Of a stretch of 64,000 nucleotides of DNA, positions 1 through 11,121 are shown piece after piece; position 1 is the stretch's first letter, and each line of letters starts with the position of its first letter. The notes under the pieces were generated by a model. It was not told the DNA's origin and searched no databases. It was given only the letters and a program-made list of their open reading frames with translations. Origin of the DNA: an uncultured delta proteobacterium (GTDB taxonomy: Bacteria > Desulfobacterota > Binatia > UBA9968); contig CAWJZV010000015.1 in assembly GCA_963847445.1 (NCBI GenBank), positions 160,001 to 224,000 of the forward strand, read 5' to 3'. A program made the translations under genes and the position numbers.

Positions 1-420
1 GCCTTTCTGATGCATCGGCATAGGCAGGATTCGCAGGTCCGCTTTGTCGCCGGTCAGGACGACTTCCTTCACCGGCGCTTTCTCCGGCGCGATGACCTCT
101 AATTTGCCCTGCTGCTGTTCCAGTCTGGCGACCTCAAGACTGACTTCCATGGGCGATTTGATATCGCCCATGTCGAGGGAGTCGGCGATGTACTGGCGCG
201 ACACCCAGGGGTTATAGAACATCGGGAAGTTCGACTTTTCACCATTCAGCGCCGGCAGATTTTCGAACAACACCATTTTCGGTTCGTTGCGCACGTCCAA
301 GTGTTTCAAGTATGCGACGGTTTCGTAATTGTTCGCGTCGATATGATTTTTCTCGCGAATCACCGCGCCTTCGCGGGTGGCGCCTTCTTTGGCGATAAAA
401 CTTGGCAGATCTTTGGCCAT
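1..420 (-). CDS. UbiD family decarboxylase, N-terminal part (runs off window start)
   Basis: Manual translation MAKDLPSFIAKE...VLFENL...IAPEKAPVKEVVLTGDKADLRILPMPMH matches the UbiD N-terminal APVKEVV..G...DL..LP pattern; AGAGGAGA RBS upstream. Confidence 0.75.
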   Translation of the reverse strand, partial: MAKDLPSFIAKEGATREGAVIREKNHIDANNYETVAYLKHLDVRNEPKMVLFENLPALNGEKSNFPMFYNPWVSRQYIADSLDMGDIKSPMEVSLEVARLEQQQGKLEVIAPEKAPVKEVVLTGDKADLRILPMPMHQKG

Positions 421-499
421 GAACATTCTCCTCTAAATTTATTTACCTGGGAAAACTATCCACTCTACTTAGATGAATCGCCGCGTGAGTGCAAGCGAG

Positions 500-2025
500 C
501 TAGCTGTGAATAAGCCCCTTGAGTGCGCGCAGTTTGTGCGACCAACCCGAGTGGCAAAGCAGGTTGAGCAGATGGCGCACTTGGCGGGCTTTTTTCTCGC
601 TCGCGGGGTACCAAGGGAATTCTTCCTTGAGGCCGAAACGGTCGACGACGATGGTTTTTTCCTGGCAGAACTTGCGAATGCCGGCGGCGCCATGACGGTA
701 GCCGAAGCCGCTGTCTTTGCGGCCGCCCATGGGCGCTTCGGGTATGATAAAGTTAACTAGACTGTCGTTGACGCAAACCGCGCCGCTGTCAAGTTGATCG
801 GCAAGCTTCACCGCCGCCGACCGATCGCGCGAAAAGATGCTGGCGCTAAGGCCGTAACGCGAATCATTGGCCAGTCGAACAGCTTCTTCCGGACTATCAA
901 CCTGCATGATCGGAATCACCGGGCCGAAGGTTTCTTCGGCCATGATGCTCATGGAATGATCGACATCGACGAGTACCGTCGGCTCGTAGTAGTAGCCCGG
1001 CAAGTTGGGATTGCGCCGGCCGCCGGTGACAATCCTGGCGCCTTTGGCGCGTGCTTCGTCGACTTGTGCGGCAACTTTATTTAGCTGCGCCGCCGATGTC
1101 ATGGCGCCGATATCGACGGCCTCGGCGCTGGTTCCCTGCCGGATCGCTTTGACCCGGGCGGTGACGTTGTCGACGAACGCCTGATAGATTGGCGCTTCGA
1201 CGTAGACCCGCTCAATCGAGGTGCAGGTTTGGCCACAGTTCATCAATGCGCCCCAGACGCAGGCGCCGGCCGCTCGTTCCATATCGGCGTCCTTCAGGAC
1301 GATCATGGGGTCTTTGCCGCCCAACTCCAAAGAGACTGGAATCAGCCGATCGGCGGCGCGGTGCATGACCTGTTTGCCGGTATCGACGCTGCCGGTAAAG
1401 GCGATCATATCGGCATGATCTATCAAGGGCGGCGCCGGTGCCGCCGTCGCCGACGACGATTTGTAGCAGGTCTTTGGGAAAGCCGGCCTTGGCGGCCAAT
1501 TCGGCGCCGAAGAGCGCGGATAGGGGAGTTAGCTCGGAAGGTTTAATCACCACGGCATTGCCGGCCATCAATGCCGGCAGGGCTTCGCCCAAGGTCAGGG
1601 TCAGGGGAAAGTTCCATGGACTAATGATGCCAATCACCCCGCGCGGCGCGTATGTGAAGTAAGCTTTCTTGGCCTTCACCAAGGGAAAGCTCGGCGAGAG
1701 TTTTTGTCGCCGAAGGTAGCGCTCAGAGTGCTTGGCCCAGGCGCCTATGGCGTTGCACAGGTAGAATAGCTCGTTGCCGTAGACTTCAGCGCGCGGCCGG
1801 CCGGTTTCGCCGGTCAAAATATCGGCGAGTCTATCGCCTTCGTCGAGCAGCAAGTCGCGCAGCCGGTAGAGCAGTTTGGCGCGCTCGGCAAAACTAGTTT
1901 GTTGCCAGCTCGACTGTGCCTGCCGGGCGCGCGTGATTGCCGGGCGACTTCGTTGGCGATGCCACCGGCAGTTCTTGGATTAACTCCAAGGTGGCAGGAT
2001 TGCGAACTTGAATGGTTGCGCTCAT
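500..2025 (-). CDS. Aldehyde dehydrogenase family protein (frameshifted near 1425 and 1945)
   Basis: Motifs ISPWNFP, KPSELTP, FTGS, LELGGKDP, GQTC (catalytic Cys) and EETFGP spread over ORFs 1212..1853 and 500..1426; MSATIQVRNPAT start at 2025. Confidence 0.9.
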
Positions 2026-2139
2026 TTGATTGGCCAAAATATCAGAGCGCTGGATAAAAATCCTTTAGTTGTCGAGACTCCTGGGTTTCTTGCTGAAGTT
2101 CGCATGGCGTCTGGTGGATACTACGATCGTCGGAGAATT

Positions 2140-2918
2140 CTACACCATGGTCTGACCGCCGCAGATATTCATCGCCTGTCCGGTGATGCCGCGAGCGGCG
2201 TCCGAGGCGACATAGGCGACCAGTTCGGCGATCTCCTCGGCTGCCAAGAACCGTCGGATCGGCACCGCGGCGACCGCTTGTGCTTTGAATTCTTCCGGCG
2301 GTGATTCCTAGCGACTTGGCGGTTTCGTTGATGCCCTGAGTTGCCATTTCGGTGTCGACCCAGCCAGGGCAAATGGTGTTGACGGTGATGCCGCGGCTGA
2401 CGACTTCGAGGGCCAACGCGCGACCGAAGCCGATCATGCCATGTTTGGTCGTGCAATAGGCGGTGTAACCAGGGACGCCGAATTTCCCCAACACCGATGA
2501 GATATTGATGACTCCGACCGCCGGCCTGATCCGGCATGTGGCGCAGCACCGCTTTGGTGAGCAGATACATGCCATGCAAATTGGTATCGACGATATCGTA
2601 CCACTTGGAGTCGTCGGCATCGTCTCATGCGGCTCAGACCTGAAATGCCGGCGTTGTTGACTAAAATATGAATCGCGCCCCATTGGCTGACTACTTCAGC
2701 GACGGCGCGCTCGACATCGGCTTTGATCCGAACATTCATCGGCACCGGCTGAACGGTCAATCCGATCTGGGTTAGTTCCGTCGGCGACGCGGTTGAGCTG
2801 ATCACGATTGCGTGAGGCGATGGCGACCTTGGCGCCATTTTTGGCCAATTTAATTGCGATGGCTCGACCAATTCCCGTACCACCGCCGCTGATCAAGAGC
2901 AATTTTATCTTTAAGCAT
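2140..2918 (-). CDS. SDR family NAD(P)-dependent oxidoreductase (multiple frameshifts)
   Basis: SGGGTGIG, LVNNAG, YCTTK (YxxxK), ICPGWVDT and terminal GQAMNICGG pieces in three frames. Confidence 0.88.
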
Positions 2919-3035
2919 AGTTTTAAGCGATTCCTTCGTACTGAAGTTAAGTAGCTGGTGTTAACAGGAATTTCAATGCCTATGAGGGTGGCATTCAGTG
3001 CCTGTCAACGGACTGCATCTGGCAAGCCGAGCCAA

Positions 3036-3051
3036 TGGTATCGATATTGCT
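3036..3051 (+). promoter_or_regulatory. Candidate sigma-54 (-24/-12) promoter upstream of pilT
   Basis: TGGTATCGATATTGCT = GG-N10-GC with TTGC at -12, ~95 bp before the pilT start. Confidence 0.5.
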
Positions 3052-3143
3052 GATTAAAAGCAGTCATACGACGAAATTCTTTACAGCTTTCTCCGCGACA
3101 TATTAAAATTGCTCTCAAGTATAGTTTGCATAGGAGTGTATTC

Positions 3144-4219
3144 ATGGACATTACCGAATTATTAGGCTTTGGCGTCGATCAAAGGCGTCGGATTGCCATT
3201 TGAGCTGCCGGCGAGCCGCCGATGATTCGGATCGACGGCGATTTGAAAAAACTCGACTCATCCGGCGCTGACCCAGGAACAGGTGCATGCGCTGGTTTAT
3301 GACATCATGAGCGATGGCCAGCGCAAGACTTTCGAAGAGACCCATGAGTGCGATTTTTCCTTCGCCCTTGCGGACAAAGCACGTTTCCGCGTCAACGTTT
3401 TCATGCAACGCAAAGGCGAAGCCGCGGTATTTCGTACGATTCCGACCAAGATCTTGACCATCGAGGATTTGGGATTGCCGGCAAATCTTCAAGCAGCTTT
3501 GCGAAAAAGAAAAGGGCTTGATCCTCGTCACCGGGCCCACCGGTTCCGGTAAATCGACCACGTTGGCGGCGATGGTCGATTATCTCAATTCCACGTTACG
3601 AAGGACATATTCTCACCGTCGAAGATCCCATCGAGTTCGTCCACCCGTCGAAGAAGTGCTTGGTCAATCAACGCGAGTTGGGACCGCATACCCATTCGTT
3701 TTCCAACGCCCTGCGGGCGGCGCTGCGTGAAGACCCGGATATCATTCTGGTCGGCGAAATGCGCGATCTTGAAACCATTCAGCTCGCACTCACCGCCGCG
3801 GAAACCGGTCACATCGTCTTTGGGACATTGCATACTTCGAGCGCGCCCAAGACCGTCGACCGCGTCATCGACGTTTTTCCGCCGACCCAGCAAGCGCAGA
3901 GTTCGCGCGCAGTTCGCCGAGTCCATCGAAGCGGTCATCACTCAAACCTTGCTCAAGAAGAAAAGCCGGCGGCCGCATCGCCGCCCATGAAATCATGACC
4001 GGCACCACTGCGGTGCGCAATCTAATTCGCGAAGGCAAGATCCATCAGATCCCCGGCACCATGCAGGTGAGCCAAAAAGACGGCATGCAGACCATGGACA
4101 TGGCGCTGCAAACATTGGTTACCCGCGGCTTGGTCACCCGAGAAGAGGCGCAATCGAAGAGCATGAATCCCAATCTGTTCGGCGCCGCGCCTGCGGCGGT
4201 GGCCGGCGGCCGGTCGTAG
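3144..4219 (+). CDS. pilT: Type IV pilus retraction ATPase PilT (frameshifted)
   Basis: MDITELL start, [17 protein letters not shown] Walker [49 protein letters not shown]. Confidence 0.93.
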
Positions 4220-4252
4220 CGAATAGTTCGAGACGTAGGTTACGGAGGACGC

Positions 4253-5410
4253 GTGGATTTTCAGGAAATGTTCAGAAAAATGGTCGAGATTGAAGCCTCG
4301 GATCTCTATCTCACGGTGGGGCGGCCGCCGATGTATCGCGTCGAGGGTACGATCCAACCAATCGGTGACAGAAATTTTACACCGGACGAGATGAAGACCT
4401 TGGCGGACTGCCAGTGATGACGGAGAAAGCAGCGCCGGGAATTTGCCGAGAGCCTGGAAATGAATCTCGCCCAATCGTTGCCGGGGTTGGCGCGATTTCG
4501 TGTCAATATCTTGATCCAGACGAGGTTCGGTCAGCATGGTCATTCGGCGCATCAAGGCCGACGTGATGTCGCTCGATGACCTGGGGATGCCGTCGATTCT
4601 AAGAGATATCACCATGACCAAGCGCGGTTTGGTGCTGATGGTCGGCGCCACTGGCTCCGGCAAGTCGACGACTTTGGCGGCGATGATCGATTACCGCAAT
4701 TGCAATGAAGCCGGCCATATCATTACCATCGAAGATCCCATCGAGTTCGTCCATCGGCATAAACAATCGATCGTGACCCAGCGCGAGGTCGGCACGCGAT
4801 ACACATAGCTTCCAAGCGGCGCTGAAAAATACTTTGCGCCAAGCGCCGGATGTTATCTTGATCGGCGAAATTCGCGACACCGAAACCATGGAAGCGGCGA
4901 TCACATTCGCCGAGACCGGCCATCTCTGTCTCGGCACGTTGCATTCGAACAATGCCAATCAGGCGATCGAACGCATCATGAATTTCTTTTCGACCCGAGC
5001 GTCATGCGCAAATGTATCTACAATTGTCGCTCAACTTGCGCTCCATCGTTTCGCAGCGGTTGATTCCGTCGGTCGAGGGCAAGCGTGTTGCAGCGTTGGA
5101 GATTCTGATGGATACGCCGCGAATCAAGGATCTGATTAAACGCGGCGAGGTCGACTCTCTGAAAGAGGCCATGGAACAGGGAGTTCAGGAAGGTTGCCAG
5201 ACCTTCGACCAGGCGCTTTTTGCTCTTTATCGCGACGGAAAGATCAGCTCTGGACAGGCGCTCGCGAACGCCGATAGCGCCAATAATCTGCGCCTCAAGA
5301 TCAAGCTGGCAGGGCTCAAGGTCGATGAAGAGCCAGTCGCCGCCGAAGGGGAAACTCGCAAGAGCGAACCATTGCAGGCCGCTGGTGGATTTCGTTTGCG
5401 CCGAACTTAG
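4253..5410 (+). CDS. pilU: Type IV pilus retraction ATPase PilU (frameshifted)
   Basis: [77 protein letters not shown] (PilU-type); directly follows pilT. Confidence 0.9.
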
Positions 5411-5618
5411 ATCGCCGGCAATCTCGTCGTTCGAAACTCTTTCGGCGTGGTTGAAAGACCGAATCCCACCCGTTCTCTCTCCATACGAGATTCGACGAAT
5501 GTGGTTCTAGACCAGTACTCATAATTGTTTGGTCGACAGTTGCGGCGCACTTTCGTTAGCTCCGCCAAGACCTTTCAAGGCTTCCATCGCGATTGTCGCT
5601 GGAATGGACAAATTTATC

Positions 5619-5647
5619 TTGACAAATTGATAGGTTACTATTAAAAA
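5619..5647 (+). promoter_or_regulatory. Candidate sigma-70 promoter
   Basis: TTGACA-17 bp-TAAAAA in an AT-rich intergenic stretch upstream of the 5738 gene. Confidence 0.4.
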
Positions 5648-5737
5648 CGAGTTATATCTAGGATCTTCGCTGATCGGGAGGCAATGTGGAGTATAGCCGA
5701 TCTGCCGTTCCTAGAGGAAGAACCTATAAGTGCTCGG

Positions 5738-6237
5738 ATGGATTTGATCACCGGGTATGCGCAGGACATTGCGGGCAGTAGGACAAGCATTGGAAACCCT
5801 CAATCTCGGTGATTTCAGCGTCGAACCGGCTGGCGATGGTTATCGCGTCACCGGTGCTCGTCGGTGGCTAAGAACCTGCGTTTGGAGAACTGTGGGCGGC
5901 GCCTGAACGCTGCGATCCAGGTTCGCGCAACACGCCATGGACTTGAGTTATTCGCGCGGCGATGTCGACGCTTAGAGCGCGAAGGTCGGCACAACGGCGT
6001 GCGACGGGTCAGACACGGCGGATAGTCCGCCATTCTCGCAGATTCTGCGTGTTATCGGCGGAATTATCTGATCAAATGCGCGTTCCCGTTTGCTGCGCGT
6101 GTCGCGAAAGAAGCGGTTATTGTCAGGGCTCGAGAGTTCGCCTGCCAGCGGGCAAAAAGATCGAGATTACACGGTCGCCGATGCTTTACGACCTTTGGGT
6201 GCGATTTTATTTACAGAGATCGTGCGCCGGCGTGTGA
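5738..6237 (+). CDS. Hypothetical protein, paralog 1 of a tandem pair (heavily frameshifted)
   Basis: Reconstructed pieces TLRAVGQALETLNLGDFSVE, SQILRVIGG, LYDLWVRFYLQRS align with the next gene. Confidence 0.6.
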
Positions 6238-6359
6238 ATTCAATGAGTTTTTCCGGCCCTCGTAGGATTGTTGTCGCAGATTCGAATCGGCAAAATTCCA
6301 AGTTCGGTTAGGATCAAACTCTTTCACTGGTGCCAATTGTCGACCTGGGATATAACAAA

Positions 6360-6910
6360 ATGGTCCGATAGCGGAGAGCTAGCTGCGCAGCATTACTCAG
6401 ATCTGCTCGGCCCGTAGGACAGATTCTGGAATCTCTCGGCATAGACGGCTTTACCCTGAGGGTTGACGATGCCGGTGTTTCGCTTCGCGGTTAAAAGCCG
6501 GAACCGCGCAATCAACCGCGGCGCCGCAGGGATCAGACGGCAAATTGTGGCAATCGACTCCGTGGCAAGAAACCAGAATCGGCCGAAGAATCTCACCCTC
6601 GTCAGGTATCCTGAGTCGGTCAATTGCATCCATGGGGAGGATCTAGCTCGTATCGACGATGAAGCCAAGTCCCGAGCGAGTCGAAACGGCGGACAGACCG
6701 GAAGCCCATTCGTTATCGCAGATTCTCCGTGCAGTCGGTGGTATTGTCGACCAGAAACAGGGGCGATTTCTTTCGGTGATCAAGGAAGGTCAGGAGATCA
6801 CGGTCGAATATGAGTCGACACTCAAGCAGAAAATCGTCGAGAAGTTTACTTCAGCGTCGCTTTACGATTTCTGGGTCAGAATGTATTTACGCCGCAGCAG
6901 CCGCAGCTAG
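6360..6910 (+). CDS. Hypothetical protein, paralog 2 of a tandem pair (frameshifted)
   Basis: Pieces RPVGQILESLGIDGFTL, EDLARIDDEAKSR, HSLSQILRAVGGIVDQK, LYDFWVRMYLRRS (ORF 6659..6910). Confidence 0.65.
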
Positions 6911-6983
6911 ACCTTAGCCAATCTAAGTTTAGCTGTGGCAATTCACGTCCCTAGATTCGGTTTCCGCAGGATGCGGCGCACAA

Positions 6984-7011
6984 AGGCGCTACGCCCAGGG
7001 GCGTCGCGCCT
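6984..7011. terminator. Hairpin between convergent genes
   Basis: AGGCGC-T-ACGCCC / GGGCGT-C-GCGCCT stem; short T-tracts on each strand. Confidence 0.4.
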
Positions 7012-7016
7012 CTTGT

Positions 7017-7773
7017 TTACTTATTCTTTGTCGAGAAGAGTCCCATCAGCTTGGCGATGGGATCGTAGAAGCGGTCGACGACGCGTTCTTTGAGCGGGAT
7101 GATGGCGTTGTCGGTGATGTGAATATGTTCCGGGCAAACTTCGGTGCAACATTTGGTGATGTTGCAGTAGCCTAAGCCGGCCTTCTGCTTGATCAGCTCC
7201 ATGCGATCGTTGCTGTCGAGGGGGTGCATTTCCAGCGACGCCAAGCGAACGAAGAAGCGCGGGCCGGAGAAGGCCTGCTTGTTGTCGTCGTGGTCGCGGA
7301 TGACGTGGCAGACGTTCTGGCACAGGAAACACTCGATGCATTTGTGGAATTCTTGCACTCGGTCGATGTCTTCCTGATACATCCGCCGCGTGCCGTCGGA
7401 TTCTTTCGGTCTTCGGTTTGAACGCCGGAATCTCTTTGGCCTTTTGATAGTTGTACGAGACGTCGGTGACGAGATCGCGGATGATCGGGAAGGTCCGCAT
7501 CGGCGACACCGTGATGGTTTCGCCGGGCTGGAACGTGTTCATGCGCGTCATGCACATGAGGCGCGGCTTGCCGTTGACTTCGGCGCTGCACGAGCCGCAT
7601 TTGCCGGCTTTGCAGTTCCAGCGCACCGCCATATCGTTGGCTTGCTGCGCCTGGATCGCATGGATAACGTCGAGCACTACTTGTCCTTCACCCACGGCAA
7701 TGCGGTAGTCTTTGAACTCACCGCCATTGGCGTCACCGCGCCACACCCGCATATGGACCTGTTGCTCAGCCAT
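7017..7773 (-). CDS. sdhB: Succinate dehydrogenase/fumarate reductase iron-sulfur subunit (frameshift near 7410)
   Basis: RWNCKAGKCGSC...LMC (2Fe-2S), CIECFLCQNVC and CNITKCCTEVCP cluster motifs, Sdh1-type. Confidence 0.92.
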
Positions 7774-9582
7774 TACTTGTTTCTCCTCAAGCAGTGCTTT
7801 GAGTTCGTCCGGCATTTCCGGCAGCGGCTCCTGGGTCTGCGTCATTTCGCCATTGTCTCATGCGCGTGATGATGTTGACCTTGGCGAATTTCGCGTCGGT
7901 GTTGGGGAAGTCGTCGCGCGTGTGACCGCCGCGGCTCTCTTTGCGGATGATCGCTGCCAAGGTCGCCGCTTCGGCGAAGGTCAACAGCGAATGTAGATCC
8001 AGCGCCAGATGCCATCCCGGATTGTAGTGGCGGTTACCTTCGACTTTGCAGTTCAGCGACGCGCTGTTTGAGCTTCTGAATGAATTTCCAGCGCCTGATT
8101 CAGCTCTGACTCGACACGAATGATGCCGACCAGATTCTGCATGCATTCTTGTAGGTCGGAATGAATCGTATAGGGATTCTCGTTGCCTTGGGTTTCGAAG
8201 GGCGCGAGCATGGTCGCGCGCTAAGGACTTCAACTTGGTCGTTATTTACGGTCAACGACCCGCTCAGCCCCTTGGCATATTCCGCGGCATAGAGACCGGC
8301 GCGCCGACCGAATACCAGCAAGTCGGAGAGCGAGTTGCCGCCCAGGCGATTGGCGCCGTGGAGACCGGCGGCGACTTCACCGGCGGCAAACAGGCCGGGA
8401 ACGGTGGTCGCCGTGCTGTCGGCGTCGACACGCACGCCGCCCATGGAGTAGTGGCAGGTCGGGCCGACTTCCATCGGTTCCTTGGTGATGTCGACATCCG
8501 CCAGTTCCTTAAATTGATGGTACATCGACGGTAGCCGCTTGCGGATGTATTCGGCCGGACGGCGCGAAGCGATGTCCAGGAAGACGCCGCCATGCGGCGT
8601 GCCGCGGCCGGCCTTGACTTCGGAATTGATCGCCCGGGCGACTTCGTCGCGCGGCAGCAGATCGGGGGTGCGGCGGTTGTTGCGCTTGTCGTCGTACCAG
8701 CGTTCGGCTTCTTCGATGGTTTCCGCGGTTTCGGCTTTGAAGAAATCCGGGATGTAGTTGAACATGAACCGTTCGTTCTTGGTGTTCTTCAATGTGCCGC
8801 CGTCGCCGCGCACGCCTTCGGTGACCAAGAATGCCGCGCACGCTGGGCGGCCAGACCATGCCGGTCGGATGAAACTGCATGAACTCCATGTCCATCAAGT
8901 CAGCGCCGGCATCCGCCGCCATGGTGACGCCGTCGCCGGTGTATTCCCAAGAATTCGACGTGACTTTCCAGGCTTTGCCGCCGCCGCCGGTGGCGAGCAC
9001 CACGGCTTTGCACTTGAACATGATGAACTTGCCGCTCTCGCGCCAGTAGCCGAACGCGCCGCTGACGCGGCCGCCGTCGGTCAATAGCCGTTGCAGGTTG
9101 CACTCCATGTAGACATCGATGCCTTTATGGACGGCGTGTTGTTGCAGGGTGCGGATCATTTCCAAGCCGGTGCGGTCGCCGACATGGGCCAAGCGCGCGT
9201 AGCGATGACCGCCGAAGTCGCGCTGGAGAATCAGCCCTTCTTTGGTGCGGTCGAAGAGCGCGCCCCATTCCTCGAGCTCAAGCACCCGATCAGGCGCTTC
9301 CTGAGCGTGGATTTGCGCCATGCGCCAATTATTAAGCAACTTGCCGCCGCGCATGGTATCGCGAAAGTGAACCTTCCAGTTGTCTTCCGGGTAGACGTTG
9401 CCCATGGCCGCGGCGATGCCGCCTTCGGCCATGACGGTATGCGCTTTGCCAAGCAGGGATTTGCAAACTAAAGCGGTCTTTACGCCCTGCGCCGAGGCCT
9501 CGACCGCGGCGCGCAGGCCGGCGCCGCCGGCGCCGATGACGACGACGTCGTACTCATGGGTTTCGTACTTTTCTTGAGCCAT
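7773..9582 (-). CDS. sdhA: Succinate dehydrogenase/fumarate reductase flavoprotein subunit (frameshifted)
   Basis: IGAGGAG, KAHTVMAEGG (covalent FAD His), QFHPT, EGVRGDGG, HYSMGG, HGANRLGGNSL, ESRGGH; stop probably overlaps the sdhB ATG. Confidence 0.93.
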
Positions 9583-10346
9583 TAGAAAAACCTCAGATCG
9601 GAAATCACGCCCATCGCCAGCAGCCGCACATAGACGTCGGTCAGTGCCACCCAGATCAGACTGACCCAGGCATATTCCATATGTTTCTCGTTGAGACCGC
9701 TGATAAAGGACCAGGTCTTGAATTTACTCGGCGCGCTGTGGAACGAGTTCAGATATCCGCCGCAGACATGGCGGCAGGAGTTGCACGACAAGCTGAACAG
9801 CGACAATAGCGCGGCGTTGATACACAGCACGACGGTGCCGACGCCCATGCCGAAGCCGTCGGGAAAACGGAATGCGAGCAATGCGTCCCACCAGAGAAAT
9901 GCCAGGATCACCAGCGACAGATAGAAAAAGTAACGGTGGATATTTTGCAGCAAAAAGGGAAAGCGGGTTTCGCCGCTGTAGCTTTTCGCCACGTCGCGAA
10001 CGGCGCAGGCCGGCGGCGATTGGAAGAACGAGCGGTAGTAGGCTTTGCGATAGTAGTAACAGGTCGCGCGGAAGCCGCCGGGCACCCAGAGGATCAAGAA
10101 AGCCGGCGACAGATTCCACCATGAACCGATCAGCGGCAGGGTGACATGGGCGCAGTTGGCTGCGATGCATGGCGAATAGAACGGCGACAGATAGGGCGCG
10201 GCATAATAATAGCCATTTTGCATGGCCGCCCAAGTCGCGTAGACGGTAAAACCGCCCAAGACCACAACGACGAGTAACGGCTCAACCCACCAGTTATCTT
10301 TTCGCAACGTGCGAAACTGATCGAGAGTAAGACTTTTGTCAGCCAC
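9582..10346 (-). CDS. sdhC: Sdh1-type (Rv0249c-like) single membrane anchor subunit
   Basis: Five hydrophobic helices, YLSPFYSPC, FRATCYYYRKAYYRSF, QNIHRYF, SCNSCRH, HMEYAW; first gene of the sdh operon, overlapping sdhA by 1 bp. Confidence 0.85.
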   Translation of the reverse strand: MADKSLTLDQFRTLRKDNWWVEPLLVVVVLGGFTVYATWAAMQNGYYYAAPYLSPFYSPCIAANCAHVTLPLIGSWWNLSPAFLILWVPGGFRATCYYYRKAYYRSFFQSPPACAVRDVAKSYSGETRFPFLLQNIHRYFFYLSLVILAFLWWDALLAFRFPDGFGMGVGTVVLCINAALLSLFSLSCNSCRHVCGGYLNSFHSAPSKFKTWSFISGLNEKHMEYAWVSLIWVALTDVYVRLLAMGVISDLRFF

Positions 10347-10394
10347 GATTATCGTTCCTTATGATTTGTGAATTAATTTCAGTCTCGATTCACT

Positions 10395-10423
10395 ATTATG
10401 GAAAGCGGTTCAGTGTCAAGCAA
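10395..10423 (-). promoter_or_regulatory. Candidate sigma-70 promoter of the sdh operon
   Basis: Minus strand TTGCTT-17 bp-CATAAT, ~50 bp upstream of the anchor start. Confidence 0.45.
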
Positions 10424-10556
10424 TCTTACAAGCGCGCTGATTTGAGACCCGATGGCGCACCAAGGCGGATTCACCGCTGCGGTAAAGCCGCGTCTAAGTT
10501 TTTGTTAGCTTCGATCGGAAGTGGGCGAGCGGCGTGGCATCGAACGCGTCGCTGGT

Positions 10557-10865
10557 TTACTTCGGCTGTTCGGCGGCTTCGAGACTCAAGTATTTTTCGA
10601 CGATTTGCGGCACGTCTTCTTTCGTCACTCTCATGAACCAAAGACCTTCCGGCCAGATCATCATGTTGGGGCCGAAGGCGCAGACATCCAAGCAGCCGCT
10701 GCGGACGACGCGGACTTTGCCTTTGAGGTTGCGTCCTTTGCTAACCTTTCGCAGTTCTTCGACGATTTCTTCCGAGCCGTCATAGCCGCAGGATTTGCTT
10801 TCGCCCTTGCGGTCGTTGATGCAAACGTGAAGTTGACGCACATAGGGCTGCTGTCTTTCGATCAT
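10557..10865 (-). CDS. Thioredoxin-like (2Fe-2S) ferredoxin
   Basis: HVC...SC...SGCLDVCAFGPNMMIWPEGLWF...DVPQIV pattern. Confidence 0.85.
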   Translation of the reverse strand: MIERQQPYVRQLHVCINDRKGESKSCGYDGSEEIVEELRKVSKGRNLKGKVRVVRSGCLDVCAFGPNMMIWPEGLWFMRVTKEDVPQIVEKYLSLEAAEQPK

Positions 10866-11121
10866 GTAAACTCCCCTCGAAATTTTAATTTCAGGCCATT
10901 TTATAACAGAAAAAGAAAATCAATGCACGCGGTGCTACCCTAGTTGATTTCATCGCCGCCAGTGTTTTTTACTTGAGATGGCAACTATTTCCTCTGGAGA
11001 AAGGAAATAATGTCCGGTCCGACCAGGGATTCAGGCAAAGAGAAACTTTTAGAATTTTTATCTTGAATGGCGTGGTCGGATCGCGCTGCCGCCGCGCCGG
11101 CGATTGAAAACAGTCGGCGGG

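Noticed and set aside
3144-5410. Programmed frameshifting or phase variation in pilT/pilU
   Set aside because: Multiple scattered indels without slippery tracts; the same pattern affects unrelated neighbouring genes
5455-5484. CGAATCCCACCC...CTCTCCA resembling a tRNA 3' end or att site
   Set aside because: No GTTC T-loop context, no cloverleaf upstream and no integrase nearby
7021-7845. Apparent SdhA C-terminus/SdhB fusion ORF
   Set aside because: Best explained by a 1-bp indel at the TAATG stop/start overlap in an indel-rich region
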